From an uncultured archaeon (lineage in GTDB: Archaea > Iainarchaeota > Iainarchaeia > Iainarchaeales > CAZILS01): 64,000 nt of DNA. A model generated the notes under the pieces. The model was not told the origin of the DNA and ran no database searches. It was given only the letters and a program-made list of their open reading frames with translations. Shown here in pieces: positions 28,259-38,698 of the stretch; the stretch's first letter is position 1; each line of letters begins with the position of its first letter. Made by a program: the position numbers and the translations under genes. The DNA lies in the NCBI GenBank assembly GCA_964540145.1, contig CAZILS010000003.1, positions 41,799 to 105,798 on the forward strand, in the 5' to 3' direction.

Positions 28259-29087
28259 CTTTAGGCAGCTCAAGAAGCAGCTCGCTCGCCAAAAACCCAT
28301 ACCCCTTCTTCTTAAGGAGAATATCGCCGGCCTTGCCGTTCACATAGGCAGCCGCGCACCCGGACTCAAACAGGCTATTTCCCAACGCAATGAACCCGGC
28401 GCAAAGCCCCGAGAGGATATCCCCGGTTCCGCCAACGCTCATGCCCTCGTTGCCTGTCCTGTTCACCCTAACCTTATTTCCATCAGAGATAACGTCAACC
28501 ATCCCTTTCAGGAGAATAACGCAATTCTTCCCTTTCGCGGCTTCCTTAACCAAATCAACATTCTTCTTCAGGGAATTGGATGCCTCTTTTCCGAAACAAA
28601 TTTCAAATTCTTTCGCATGCGGGGTAAGGAGAACCTCTCCATTGAAATTCATTCCCTTAACCGCCTTGATTGCATCTGCGTCTATAACCGCCGGAATTTT
28701 CAGGCCTTTAACGACAGCCCTCACAAATTTCTTCGTGCCGGCGCCCTGCCCCAGCCCGGGCCCTATAAGCACAGCATCAAATCCCTTTGAAAGTTTCAGC
28801 ACATCCTTAACATGCCTTTCCCCGAAAACTTTCCCTGAAAACTTTTTTGTTATCAGGTCAGGGCTCATGCAGTTTACAGCCCATGCGGCCTTTCCGGGAG
28901 CCGCAACAGTCACTAAATCAACCCCGCTCCTCAAGGATGCGAGCGCCGCATTTCCCGAAAGTGCGACAGCACCCACATAATCCTCGCTCCCCCCCACAAC
29001 AAGAACCTTCCCAAACTGCCCCTTGTGCGCGTCTTTTCTTCTCTTCTTCACGCACTTCCTTACATCGGCTGCACTTGTTGAAATCAT
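28236..29087 (-). CDS. nnrD: ADP-dependent NAD(P)H-hydrate dehydratase
   Basis: HKGQFGKVLVVGGS, IGPGLG, IDADA, TPHAKEF, GGTGDILSG. Confidence 0.92.
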   Translation of the reverse strand: MISTSAADVRKCVKKRRKDAHKGQFGKVLVVGGSEDYVGAVALSGNAALASLRSGVDLVTVAAPGKAAWAVNCMSPDLITKKFSGKVFGERHVKDVLKLSKGFDAVLIGPGLGQGAGTKKFVRAVVKGLKIPAVIDADAIKAVKGMNFNGEVLLTPHAKEFEICFGKEASNSLKKNVDLVKEAAKGKNCVILLKGMVDVISDGNKVRVNRTGNEGMSVGGTGDILSGLCAGFIALGNSLFESGCAAAYVNGKAGDILLKKKGYGFLASELLLELPKVIFSKKG

Positions 29088-30976
29088 CCTTTCATAACCT
29101 TCTCAATTTCTTTCCTAAGCAGGGCGCTTACCTCCCCGCCCGCAGCCTTCCCCCTAAGCTCCTTCATAACATCTCCCATCAGGGCGCCAATTGCGTGCAT
29201 TCCCTTCTCCTTCACCATTGCCTCGTTTTTTGAAACAACCCTTGCAACTACTTTTTCAACATCCTCACATCCTGCCTTCTCAATACCTATGCCCTTCACA
29301 ACTTCCTTGAGGCTTTTTTCCCGGGCTTTGCTCCACTCCCCCAAAACCTTAAGCGCAATGTCCTGCGTAATCTCCTTCTTTCTCATCGCCGCAAGCACAC
29401 CTTCGACCATCCTATCGTTTATGCGCTCAATGTTAACCCCTTCCCTGCGCAGCTGCACCAAACCCTCAAGAAGCAGAACCGCTGCCGTTGTTGGATTATG
29501 GCCTTCCCCGACAAGCCTTTCAAACAACAGGGCATGGTTGCTTAGCTTCATTTTCTCAGCCAAACCGGGGCTAAGATTAAACTTTGTTATGTATAAGTTC
29601 TTCCTCTCGTCTGCGCTTTTCGGCAAACTCTTCCTTATTTCTGCGAGCTTCCCCCCATCAATCTTGACATGCCCTAAATCTGTTTCAGGGTACATCCTTG
29701 CCGCCCCCGGCAAAGGCCTGCTGTACTCTGTGTTCCCGTTGTCCAAAGCGTTCCTTGTCTCCTCGGGAACCCCCTTCAACGCAACCCTGCACCTTTCCGC
29801 AACAACTGCCAATGCTTTTTTTGCCCTGTCCTCAGGAGCGCAGACCAAAACAAAGTTGTCATTCTCCCCAACCCCGAGCAATTTCTTAACACCCTCAATT
29901 TCCATAGGCGTTATTCCATATGCCGGGAGCTCATCCCCGTGAAAAATTCCCCGCAAACCGGCCCTTGCCTTGACATATGAAGCAAGCTCGCTTCCAAACC
30001 TTCTTCCCTCTTGCAACTCCTTCCCGAGCAAACCCGCGAAGCCGGCTATCTTTAAACCCAAAACAGAACTATTGTTCTTCAGCCCGTCCTTAAATATTTT
30101 GCATTCGGTGTTCGAAAAAATTTTCGCAAGGTCTTTTCCTTCCTCCGCAAGGCCTTTCCCTTTCACACCCCTCTTTGCCAACTCATCCTTAACCTCAAGC
30201 AGCTTAACCTGCCTTTCAACTTCTCTCCTGACATACTCCGGAATTAAATCAAGCTGCTGCACACCCTTTATCTCAACCCTTGCCCCCTGCGCAATAGAAA
30301 CATTCAAATCTTGCCTTATAGTCCCCAGGCCCCTCTTCGCCTTTCCCGTAATCCTGAACAGCCCCCCTATCTCCTTTGCAGCCTTTCCCGCATCTTCGGG
30401 GCTTTTTATGCCTGGGGCTGTTGCCAGCTCTATCAACGGAATCCCAAGCCTATCAAGCCTGTACGTAACCTCGCTTTCCTTCCTTTCCATCGGCCTTGCC
30501 GCATCCTCCTCAAGGGCAAGCCCCTGCACACCTATACTGCCTCCTTCGTAATCAAGAACCCCCCCTTCCGAAACAAGCATCGTCCTCTGGAAACCGCTTG
30601 TGTTAGAACCATCAATAACCTGCTTCCTCATGACAACAAGCTCATCAAGAATATGGGCCTTCAGCATGAGCGCAATCTGGAGAGTAACATCCAGGGCTTC
30701 GCTGTCCGCAGGCATCGGCGGCTCTTCATCCGCCTCTATCAAACAAGTGCTGTCGGAATAGCCCTCGTAGAAAAAAGTCTTGTTTTTTTTGAATGCTTCA
30801 AGCGCCGCTTTGTCAAACTCCCCAAGCTCTGAAGCGACAATCCTGAGTTTCCTGCTGAATTTCAGGCCGGGGGCATCATCTCTCAAAATAGAGGGGCACC
30901 GGCAAAACAGCTTCCCGGTATCGAGCTGCTGGTGCACTTCCAGGCCGCACTTTAGCCCCAGTTTCCCGTAATCCAT
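29084..30976 (-). CDS. gatE: Glu-tRNA(Gln) amidotransferase subunit E
   Basis: [53 protein letters not shown]. Confidence 0.97.
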   Translation of the reverse strand: MDYGKLGLKCGLEVHQQLDTGKLFCRCPSILRDDAPGLKFSRKLRIVASELGEFDKAALEAFKKNKTFFYEGYSDSTCLIEADEEPPMPADSEALDVTLQIALMLKAHILDELVVMRKQVIDGSNTSGFQRTMLVSEGGVLDYEGGSIGVQGLALEEDAARPMERKESEVTYRLDRLGIPLIELATAPGIKSPEDAGKAAKEIGGLFRITGKAKRGLGTIRQDLNVSIAQGARVEIKGVQQLDLIPEYVRREVERQVKLLEVKDELAKRGVKGKGLAEEGKDLAKIFSNTECKIFKDGLKNNSSVLGLKIAGFAGLLGKELQEGRRFGSELASYVKARAGLRGIFHGDELPAYGITPMEIEGVKKLLGVGENDNFVLVCAPEDRAKKALAVVAERCRVALKGVPEETRNALDNGNTEYSRPLPGAARMYPETDLGHVKIDGGKLAEIRKSLPKSADERKNLYITKFNLSPGLAEKMKLSNHALLFERLVGEGHNPTTAAVLLLEGLVQLRREGVNIERINDRMVEGVLAAMRKKEITQDIALKVLGEWSKAREKSLKEVVKGIGIEKAGCEDVEKVVARVVSKNEAMVKEKGMHAIGALMGDVMKELRGKAAGGEVSALLRKEIEKVMKG

Positions 30977-31064
30977 GGAAATTCTCCCTGTTACCATTTG
31001 GCTGAAAAGGGTTTTTATAGTGTGGCATTTATCCCTTAAATCACTTTCTATTCATACTAGTATT

Positions 31065-31418
31065 ATGCTCGTTTCAAAACTCAAATCCAAAATCCACAGG
31101 GCAACTGTGACAGAGGCGGACCTTGATTATGTCGGCAGTATAACCATAGACCTTGCGCTGATGAATGCTGTCGGAATCGAGGAATATGAGAAAGTCCTTG
31201 TATCAAACATCACAAACGGAAACCGCCTCGAAACATATGTCCTTTCAGGCGAGGAGGGAAAGGGAACGATTTGCCTGAACGGGGCGGCAGCCCGCCTCTG
31301 CAAGAAAGGGGATTTGGTTATCATCATGGCGTTCGCCCTCTACTCCGAAGGTGAAGAATGCAGGCCAAAGATTGTTGTTGTGGATGAGAACAACAAGGCC
31401 AAGAAAATTGTAAGCTAG
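31065..31418 (+). CDS. panD: Aspartate 1-decarboxylase (pyruvoyl-dependent)
   Basis: [18 protein letters not shown] cleavage site, [15 protein letters not shown]. Confidence 0.93.
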   Translation: MLVSKLKSKIHRATVTEADLDYVGSITIDLALMNAVGIEEYEKVLVSNITNGNRLETYVLSGEEGKGTICLNGAAARLCKKGDLVIIMAFALYSEGEECRPKIVVVDENNKAKKIVS

Positions 31419-31979
31419 TTATTTCATTTTTCCTAAAATCCGGCACATTTTGTCGATTGTCCGGTTCACGGTTTGCAGCCCTATTTCATCGTCCATCGCA
31501 GGAGCCTGCAGTATTCCCCCGAAGTGGTTGTCATCCCCCAAGGGAACCATTGAATGAATGTGCATAACCGCATGCATCCCCGCAACAACAAGTTCCTGCC
31601 CGCCGTTCCTGCTGTTCCCAACCGCAACCGCCCCCCCAACCTTGTCCCTTAAGAGAACGCCCTGCCTCCTGAAAAGAACAGACCTGTCCAAAAAACATTT
31701 CATCTGCCCGCTCATGTTCCCCATGTATGTGGGGCTAACCAGCAACAGGCCGTCCGCACTTTCAATCGTTTCAATCAATGAATTGAAATCATCGTTCTGC
31801 GAACATTTCTTCGCTTTTTTGCAGGCATCGCATGCGATGCAGGGCCCGACCTTCTTTTCGCCGAGCTTAATCACTTCCGCCTCAAAACCCCTTTCCCTAA
31901 TCCTCTTTTCGGAGTACGCGGCAATCTTCTCCGAGTTCTGCCCCTTCCGCGGGCTGCCTGAAACAATTACAATCCTCAC
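31419..31979 (-). CDS. Iron-sulfur flavoprotein / flavodoxin family
   Basis: SGSPR..NS, CIACDAC..C, SPTYMG, RNGGQE. Confidence 0.88.
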   Translation of the reverse strand: MRIVIVSGSPRKGQNSEKIAAYSEKRIRERGFEAEVIKLGEKKVGPCIACDACKKAKKCSQNDDFNSLIETIESADGLLLVSPTYMGNMSGQMKCFLDRSVLFRRQGVLLRDKVGGAVAVGNSRNGGQELVVAGMHAVMHIHSMVPLGDDNHFGGILQAPAMDDEIGLQTVNRTIDKMCRILGKMK

Positions 31980-32236
31980 TTTCCTTGCCTCCTCTTCCTT
32001 ATAACCTTAATCAGGAAATACAGTGCGGCAAACGCCCAGACAAGCTCCAGGGTAAGGAAGACAAGCGAGCCGATATCCCAAGCGTAAAACCCAAGCATGA
32101 GAGAACCGGCCAAATTAAGGCTGTTGAAGATGAATGTGTCCTTCCTGTACTGCTTCATGTGCTCAAGCACAAACGCAACAAGCAGCAGGAGCAACCCGGC
32201 AATCCCAACCCAAAGCGCATATATCTCAATCACCAC
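31976..32236 (-). CDS. Small membrane protein (CBU_0592-like)
   Basis: GLLLLLVAF..FNSLNLAGS..FLTLELVW; start codon uncertain. Confidence 0.7.
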   Translation of the reverse strand: MVIEIYALWVGIAGLLLLLVAFVLEHMKQYRKDTFIFNSLNLAGSLMLGFYAWDIGSLVFLTLELVWAFAALYFLIKVIRKRRQGK

Positions 32237-32237
32237 A

Positions 32238-33539
32238 TCACCACTCAAAAACACAGGGGTTTGAGCACTTTGTTATTTCCCCCCGAAGGTTCTCCGCAAA
32301 CATTTCCCTCGCCTTCGCCTTCCCGTAATTCCCAAGCAACCAGGCAAGCTTCACAAACGCAGTTTCAGGGAGCATGTCCTCGCCATAAACAACGCCCTGC
32401 TCCGCAACCTTCCTCAAATTGGTGTAGACCTTGTCGTTCACCCTCCCGTTCAGGCATTGCGAAGCCATCCCCACAACACAGCCTGCCTTGACAAGTTTCC
32501 CAATCGCCTTCACAAACTCATCCTTCTTCCCGATAGGGGTGTGGCCCAGGCCTGTGCCCTCGATCACAAGGCCCTTGTACTTTTGCATCCTGTAAAAGTC
32601 AATCATTTTTGTGCTTATCCCCGGGTGGAGTTTTACCATTCCGACCTTCTTCTCGAACTTTTCCATAAGCCTGAATTTCCCATTCGGTTTCCCTGGTTTC
32701 TTAACAAACTCTATTTTCCCCGTCTTGTAGTCTACCCTTGCAATCTCCCTGCTGTTGATTGCCTTGAACGCATCCCTTCTTGAGGTGTGCATCTTCCTTG
32801 TTTTTGTTCCAGGGAGTATTGAACAGTACTCATCCCCCGTATCTCCGTGCATGCAGGCCGCAACACCCGCAAAATCCGAGTCCGCGATGAACCTTGCCGC
32901 ACAAATCATATTCATGCCCGCATCGCTGCTCCCCCTATCGGTGCTTCTTTGCGCCCCAACCAGGAGGACAGGAACATCGACATTCTCAAGCATGAATGAA
33001 AGCATCGCCGCGCTGTATCCTAAAGTGTCTGTGCCGTGCCCGATGATAACCCCTTTGCAGCCTTTCTTGACCTCCTTGGCAACAGCCTTCGCAATCTGCG
33101 AGTAATCCCCAAGATCCATGTCCTCGGACATTTTGTTGAAGACAAGGGTTGTCCTGACATTTGCTATGTCTCCAATCTCCGGAAATATTGAGACAAGGTC
33201 TTCCGGCTCAAAGAAGCTGTTTACCGCCCCTGTTGCGTAGTCAACGCGGGAGGCGATTGTCCCCCCTGTATGCACAATTGCTATTTCAGGCAGCCCGGGC
33301 TTTTTTCTCAGCTTAACCGGCTTGGCCTTCCCAACTTTTTTCCCCTTGCCGAGCACGCTTACCGCAGTTATCTTCGAAACAGCAATCCCTGTGTTGTAGC
33401 CGCTCTTGAGCTTGAGGAACAATGATTCCTTTTCCTCGGAAGGAACAATGGTTCCCCTGAACACAGCCTTGCCGCACTCAACCTCGGCTTCCATGCCGAC
33501 TTTGAGGCCGTGCCTGTTCATAAATTTCCCGATGTCCAT
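32238..33539 (-). CDS. gatD: Glu-tRNA(Gln) amidotransferase subunit D
   Basis: LKLKSGYN, TGGTIASRVDY, HGTDT, QRSTDRGSSD, KMHTSRRDAF. Confidence 0.96.
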   Translation of the reverse strand: MDIGKFMNRHGLKVGMEAEVECGKAVFRGTIVPSEEKESLFLKLKSGYNTGIAVSKITAVSVLGKGKKVGKAKPVKLRKKPGLPEIAIVHTGGTIASRVDYATGAVNSFFEPEDLVSIFPEIGDIANVRTTLVFNKMSEDMDLGDYSQIAKAVAKEVKKGCKGVIIGHGTDTLGYSAAMLSFMLENVDVPVLLVGAQRSTDRGSSDAGMNMICAARFIADSDFAGVAACMHGDTGDEYCSILPGTKTRKMHTSRRDAFKAINSREIARVDYKTGKIEFVKKPGKPNGKFRLMEKFEKKVGMVKLHPGISTKMIDFYRMQKYKGLVIEGTGLGHTPIGKKDEFVKAIGKLVKAGCVVGMASQCLNGRVNDKVYTNLRKVAEQGVVYGEDMLPETAFVKLAWLLGNYGKAKAREMFAENLRGEITKCSNPCVFEW

Positions 33540-33577
33540 AAAACCAACCAAAATAAGCCCAAAATCCTTTAATTGTG

Positions 33578-35431
33578 TTATGCCCCCTTCAATATCTCCA
33601 TCCAGCCCAGTACCGCCGGCACATAGTCTTTTGTCTCGGAATAAGGCAGCCCTTCGAGGCTGCACTCCGCCATCGGCCTCCAGCTTTTCTTGCTCTTGTC
33701 GCTGCTTCCGGGCCCTGTGTTGTACGCCGCAATTGCCAGAGGCACAAGCCTTTCCTCATCGCACTGCCTTGTTTTCATAACCTTGTAATATTGCCTGAAG
33801 ATGTCCGCCCCGAGGGACGCATTTATGAAAGGGTCTGTCCGGTCGCTTTCCTTGATGCAGCCGGTGACAATGCCTTTCGCAGCCTGTGCCTGAACGTATT
33901 CCTTCACAGTAGGGTGGTTTGTGTTGCAGAAATGGTATGGCATAACCTGCATCAGACCGATGGCCCCGACATGGCTTTTTATGGTTTCGTTGAATGCGCT
34001 CTCCCTTGCCATTATACCCCTGATAAGGTCTGCATCCAGCCCCTTCCCCGAGGCAACCTGCTGTATCGCCTCTTCGTACTTTGCGGCCTTAGACAGCATT
34101 GCACTTTTGTTCAGGACATGCCCATCATAGAACTCTTGCACCTTGTCCTCCAAAAGAAAACCATTAATTGTAAGCCCGCCATAGCCGGTACTTATTGGAA
34201 TTTCCGGGTCCTGCTCTCCTCCCCCCTCAACACACTTCCCGTTTTCAAGTTTCTCGGTCACAGTATAGGCATAATCATTGCTCCCTATCATCAAGCCTTC
34301 AACTTCCCAATACTCCCACGCCGCGAGGCATTCTTCAGCAGTTTCGCAGTTAACACAGGCATGCTTCCTCCTGCACTTGTCCCCGAACTCCTCTGCTGCA
34401 AGTATCTGCGTTGCATAACACTCCCCGCTCCCTTCGCACACCCCGCCTATGGGACTGCCCCTGCTAGCGTAGGCATAATCCTTGTAGCCAAGCTCAAGTT
34501 CCTTGCCCCTCTCACTCCACCTCTCCAGGCACTCCCATCCGAATTCACAGCCCTCACACCCATAAATTTCCCTGCACTCCCCTTCCCTTTCCTCAATCCC
34601 CATGAACGAGGTTGCCTCACACCCCTCAGTTATGTGTGAAGCGCCCTTAACCCCAAACCTTACCGTCTCCTCTTCATAGCCGGCATCTACCCCTTCAACC
34701 CTCACCTCTGCCTCATATGTCCCGTTCTCGCCTATCCCCGGCTTAAACTCGAAAACCTCTGTTTCTTCCGGAAGGATAAGTTCCCTTACCTCAAGCAATG
34801 GATCTCCATACCTCATCCTTTCTTCAATCCCCGCCCTTACCTCTATCTTGTAAAGCAGGATTTCCGCCTGATAGGCGGCAGCAGTAGTGTTCCCTGTGTT
34901 CTTCACCCCAACCTTCAGCCCTGCCTCTTCCTTGCTTAAATCAAACTCCTCATCATAGCCAACCTCCACTATCCTCACCTGCGCAGGCTCTTCCCCCAGA
35001 TAAACCCTGCAGACATGCAAATTGAATTCAGGTATGCACCTTGCCGCACTTCTCACCTTTGACGCCTCCAGCACAACAAGGTTCCTGTTGGAAACAGCGA
35101 CCCTGCATTCCCCGTAAGCGCCGCATCTTTCAATGCCTCCACATTCATCAACAAGCCCTTCCAAACTGCAGCAAACCGAGGGGTTATTGCAGTGAAGGAT
35201 AACAGACCTCGCGGAGGTGTCGAAGAGCGAGGCATCCATTCCCAAATCCGATTTCAAATCAAGTGTGTAGGGAACATACTGGCCGGGGGTAAGCTCCGAG
35301 ATGCTCAGGCCCTCACCAATAGCCGCAACAGGGTCCTCCGCAGGAAAAAACATCGGCGCAACAAACGCCATGAAAATCCAAAGGAAAGCCGCAGCGGCAA
35401 CCGCATAAACAAGAAGCCGGAACGGATTCAT
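33578..35431 (-). CDS. Membrane-anchored Cys-rich protein with Ig-like domain and C-terminal lytic transglycosylase (SLT/GH23-like) domain
   Basis: N-terminal TM; VKNTGN CARDB-like segment; IMARES, GAIGLMQVMP, AAYNTGPG, ETKDYV. Confidence 0.88.
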   Translation of the reverse strand: MNPFRLLVYAVAAAAFLWIFMAFVAPMFFPAEDPVAAIGEGLSISELTPGQYVPYTLDLKSDLGMDASLFDTSARSVILHCNNPSVCCSLEGLVDECGGIERCGAYGECRVAVSNRNLVVLEASKVRSAARCIPEFNLHVCRVYLGEEPAQVRIVEVGYDEEFDLSKEEAGLKVGVKNTGNTTAAAYQAEILLYKIEVRAGIEERMRYGDPLLEVRELILPEETEVFEFKPGIGENGTYEAEVRVEGVDAGYEEETVRFGVKGASHITEGCEATSFMGIEEREGECREIYGCEGCEFGWECLERWSERGKELELGYKDYAYASRGSPIGGVCEGSGECYATQILAAEEFGDKCRRKHACVNCETAEECLAAWEYWEVEGLMIGSNDYAYTVTEKLENGKCVEGGGEQDPEIPISTGYGGLTINGFLLEDKVQEFYDGHVLNKSAMLSKAAKYEEAIQQVASGKGLDADLIRGIMARESAFNETIKSHVGAIGLMQVMPYHFCNTNHPTVKEYVQAQAAKGIVTGCIKESDRTDPFINASLGADIFRQYYKVMKTRQCDEERLVPLAIAAYNTGPGSSDKSKKSWRPMAECSLEGLPYSETKDYVPAVLGWMEILKGA

Positions 35432-35688
35432 TTTCTCCGCCCCCTTTTCGGCTGCCCAAACTCAAGCCTGACCTGCCAGATAAGCAGCTTCCTAAAAACA
35501 AAGCTCAGCGCAAAAAGCATAACCGAAATTAGGATATAGCTTTGCAGGTCCCCCACCTTATTGAACCAGTCCTTCTTTTCGAACGCCCAGTCGTTGAACA
35601 GCAGGATAAAGTAAGCAACGGCCCCGAGCGTTATCAGGAACAGGAAAATCTTTTCGGCGGTAATCAGCCAGCGCGCCATCCTCTTCAT
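35428..35688 (-). CDS. Small 2-TM membrane protein
   Basis: Stop overlaps the SLT start (ATGA); begins 2 nt after the ligase stop. Confidence 0.7.
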   Translation of the reverse strand: MKRMARWLITAEKIFLFLITLGAVAYFILLFNDWAFEKKDWFNKVGDLQSYILISVMLFALSFVFRKLLIWQVRLEFGQPKRGRRK

Positions 35689-35690
35689 TT

Positions 35691-37535
35691 TTACTCACCC
35701 ACCGATATGTGCTTCTGCGCCTTATACATTTTCTCTATCTCCTTAACTGTTGTTGCCTCTTCTGCTTTTCTGTCCTCCCTCAAAGAAACCATCCTCGGGA
35801 ACCTCAAAGCCAGGCCTTCCCCGGTTTTCTTTTTCCCCGCAGTGTGCATAGGGCTCTTTGTTATCTCATCCGCCTTCACCTCGACAACATACCTCGGCTC
35901 GACCCAGAAATCCGGCTTTATGGTAGAGTCATACCTCGCGGGCTTCTTCCCTGTTTTTATTTTCCCAAGGCCCTTCGCAAACTCCTTCATCTCCTCTTCG
36001 TTAAAGCCGCTGCCGATTTTAGCAATGGTTTTGAACCTGTCTTCCTTCGCGTCATAAACGCCTGTAAGCAATGCCCCCATCCCGAACTTTGCCCTCTGGC
36101 CTTTCCCTTTGTAATAGCCAAGGATTACGGCATCGACAGTGTCATCTAATTCTCCCTTATATGACCTCTTGAGCTTTATCCAGGCGAACTTCCTCGCCCC
36201 CGCAATATAGGGCGCATTCAAATCCTTTGCAATTATCCCCTCCAAGCCCTTTGCTATATTTTCCTCGAAGAAACTTTCAAGCTTTTCAGGGCTGTCGGTA
36301 ATTATGCTTTTTGTCGGCTCTATAACGTCTCCTTCCCCGATAACCTTGGTGATAAGCGCCCTGCGCTCGCTGAATTTCCCGGCCATCAAATTTTTCCCGT
36401 CAAGGTGCATGATATCGAAAATGAAAAGTTTGAGAGGAAACTCCTCCGACATTTTCTTAATTCCATGTTTCCTTTTCCGCTGTATAGTAACCTGAAAAGG
36501 ATGGAACTCCCCGCTCTGCTCGCTGTAGGCAAGCGCCTCCCCCTCGAGAATAGCCTCCTTCGCCTTTATCTGTTTCCTGACCGCTTCCACTAACTCGGGG
36601 AACATGCCTGTCATGTTCTCAGACCTTCTTGAGAAGACGGTAACCTCTTTCCCGAACTTGTGTATCTGCAGCCTGAAACCATCGTACTTGCTCTCGACAG
36701 CGCACTTTCCAATCTTCTTGATAATTTCCTCCGCACTCGGCAGCCTCTCCGCCAGGGTGGGCCTTATCGGTATCCCCGGGGTAATCTCAATCCGGTCCAG
36801 CCCTTTCAGCCCTTTTTCCTTGAGCCTCTCCGCAATCTCCCCAAGGTCTGAATGGATATTGTACTTTGCCTCAATCTGCCCCCTTGCAAAAAACTTGATT
36901 TTCCTGTTTAGTTCCTCTTCCCTCTTCTCCTCCTTTTTTTCCTTCAGCCCCTTTTCAAGTTCCTTGATTTTCCTCCTGTCCTTCTTCACCTCGTCAATGA
37001 GCATTATCGCAAACGCATCCATTATCGTCGGGTCTCCTGTCCCCAGCCTTAAATTTCCAAGCGGAACCCTGACGAGATACCTTGCCTCTTTTGGCGAGGC
37101 GCTGTTAAGCAGCTCGGCAAGCAATTTTATTTTCGTGTCCTGGCTTCCTCTCCCCTCGGTTTTCGCAATCTTCAGCAGGTTGGAAAAAACTTTCTCAAGG
37201 CCGAGCCGCTCCGAAAAAAGTGCCTTCTGTTTTTTGCTCCCCAAAACCTTCTCTGCGGCCAGGCCAAGGTCCCCCAACTCCTTGTACTCCCTGTCAATCT
37301 CCTCCCTCGAGTAGCCCCCAACCCTTGCAATCGCATCCTCGACAAAGTTCTCGCCCATCCCCACATCCAAACCTTCGTAATTCGGCCCCAATTTTCCCTG
37401 GCATAGGTACACCAGCCTCTTAACCTCGCTTGCCTCCGCCTCCCTGAACATTTCCGCAATTATGCCCGTCATGCCAAGCCTTGAGCTGGCCTGCTCTATC
37501 CTTTCAAAGTAGTCCGTTATAGCCGAGAACCTCAT
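35691..37535 (-). CDS. lig: ATP-dependent DNA ligase
   Basis: ESKYDGFRLQIH, EGIIAK, WIKLK, ALRFPR. Confidence 0.97.
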   Translation of the reverse strand: MRFSAITDYFERIEQASSRLGMTGIIAEMFREAEASEVKRLVYLCQGKLGPNYEGLDVGMGENFVEDAIARVGGYSREEIDREYKELGDLGLAAEKVLGSKKQKALFSERLGLEKVFSNLLKIAKTEGRGSQDTKIKLLAELLNSASPKEARYLVRVPLGNLRLGTGDPTIMDAFAIMLIDEVKKDRRKIKELEKGLKEKKEEKREEELNRKIKFFARGQIEAKYNIHSDLGEIAERLKEKGLKGLDRIEITPGIPIRPTLAERLPSAEEIIKKIGKCAVESKYDGFRLQIHKFGKEVTVFSRRSENMTGMFPELVEAVRKQIKAKEAILEGEALAYSEQSGEFHPFQVTIQRKRKHGIKKMSEEFPLKLFIFDIMHLDGKNLMAGKFSERRALITKVIGEGDVIEPTKSIITDSPEKLESFFEENIAKGLEGIIAKDLNAPYIAGARKFAWIKLKRSYKGELDDTVDAVILGYYKGKGQRAKFGMGALLTGVYDAKEDRFKTIAKIGSGFNEEEMKEFAKGLGKIKTGKKPARYDSTIKPDFWVEPRYVVEVKADEITKSPMHTAGKKKTGEGLALRFPRMVSLREDRKAEEATTVKEIEKMYKAQKHISVGE

Positions 37536-37774
37536 CCAAACCGGCTATATATTAGTTTTATTTAAATATAAGGATTAGCTTAAGGTTATATGAAGGTTAG
37601 GGAACCCCCGAAAAGCCCATAGGTGCAACATATATAAACCTTTAGAGCGCAAATAATTATGGATAGCATGGACAGAAGGGAGTGTCTTCCAGTACAGCAA
37701 TTTTTCTTTTAGATTTGTATACTCCCCGGAATGCGATTTTAATTCTTTTGGAAGAAATCTTTCTAATCCGTCAT

Positions 37775-37849
37775 GGGACATTGGTGTAGCCTGGCCTAGC
37801 ATTGTGGCTTTGGGAGCCTCCGACCCCGGTTCAAATCCGGGATGTCCCA
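37775..37849 (+). tRNA. tRNA-Pro(TGG)
   Basis: GGGACAT/ATGTCCC; GTGGC-TTTGGGA-GCCTC (one U-U mismatch); TTCAAAT. Confidence 0.92.
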
Positions 37850-37927
37850 ATCCGTCGCGCCCGGATGGTGCGTCGCCTATACTCTGCCCCCTTGGGCATT
37901 ATATAGGCGTGGCGGCTTCGCCGCATT
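37850..37927 (+). ncRNA. Putative structured tRNA-Pro trailer element, copy 1
   Basis: Three hairpins; 29/35 identity at the 5' end to 38774..38856 with pairing-preserving changes. Confidence 0.6.
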
Positions 37928-37943
37928 TTGGGAAGTGGTCTGC

Positions 37944-38615
37944 ATGAAGAAGGACTGGGATAACATATACAGGGAACACGGCAAGGTGCAGAAAGGGGTT
38001 TGGCCTTTCCTAAGCAGGAACCTTTTCCGCATCAAAAAGGGCGGCAATGTGCTTGACCTTGGCTGCGGGACAGGGCGGCATCTTCTCTACCTCGCGAAGA
38101 GGGGCTACCTCGCAACAGGGATGGATTTGTCTGTTTCGGGTCTTGAGCTTGCGGATTCGCACCTAAGGAAAAACGGCATTAACTGCGTTACCCTCGTGAA
38201 GGGCGACATGCGGAAGCTGCCCTTCCGGGACAAAACCTTCGATGCGGTTGTTTCGTGCTGGGTCATACACCACTCCACCCTGAAGGACTTCGGGAAAACG
38301 CTTCGTGAGGCCTGTAGGGTTCTCAAGAACAACGGGGTGTTCCTTGCGAATGTCCAATCGACCTCCCATTTTTGGTATGGGAAAGGCGAGGAGCTTGAGC
38401 CCAACACTTTCAGGGGCGAGGGCGAGGAGTACGATGTCCCGCACCATTATTTCGGCAGGGAGGAACTCACGGAGGGGCTGGTGAATGCGGGATTTTCAAT
38501 AGAAAAGATGCGCCACGCAAAGAGGATGACCAACACCTCGAAAACGACGGACTTAAAAATAATAAAGCGGCAAGGTATAATGGCGCACTGGGATTTCATT
38601 GCGGTTAAGAAATAG
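37944..38615 (+). CDS. Class I SAM-dependent methyltransferase
   Basis: VLDLGCGTGRH, GMDLS, GDMRKLPF..FDAV, RVLKNNG. Confidence 0.9.
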   Translation: MKKDWDNIYREHGKVQKGVWPFLSRNLFRIKKGGNVLDLGCGTGRHLLYLAKRGYLATGMDLSVSGLELADSHLRKNGINCVTLVKGDMRKLPFRDKTFDAVVSCWVIHHSTLKDFGKTLREACRVLKNNGVFLANVQSTSHFWYGKGEELEPNTFRGEGEEYDVPHHYFGREELTEGLVNAGFSIEKMRHAKRMTNTSKTTDLKIIKRQGIMAHWDFIAVKK

Positions 38616-38698
38616 TTCCATCCGGAGGATGGAAGTTCCATTGAACCCCTCCCTGCGGAGGGGTGAAATGGGACGGCGGTAAACGAGCCTTCGTTTAG

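Noticed and set aside
33575-34639. Long antisense ORFs (354 aa here; also 9874..10896, 24480..25481, 59871..60908)
   Set aside because: Shadow frames of well-supported genes with no recognisable motifs
35691-37535. Intein in DNA ligase (also the WecB insertion)
   Set aside because: Insertions are only about 30-40 aa, charged, and lack intein splice motifs
37659-37712. 17-codon ORF upstream of tRNA-Pro(TGG)
   Set aside because: Follows a TATA-like box but has no Pro enrichment or other support
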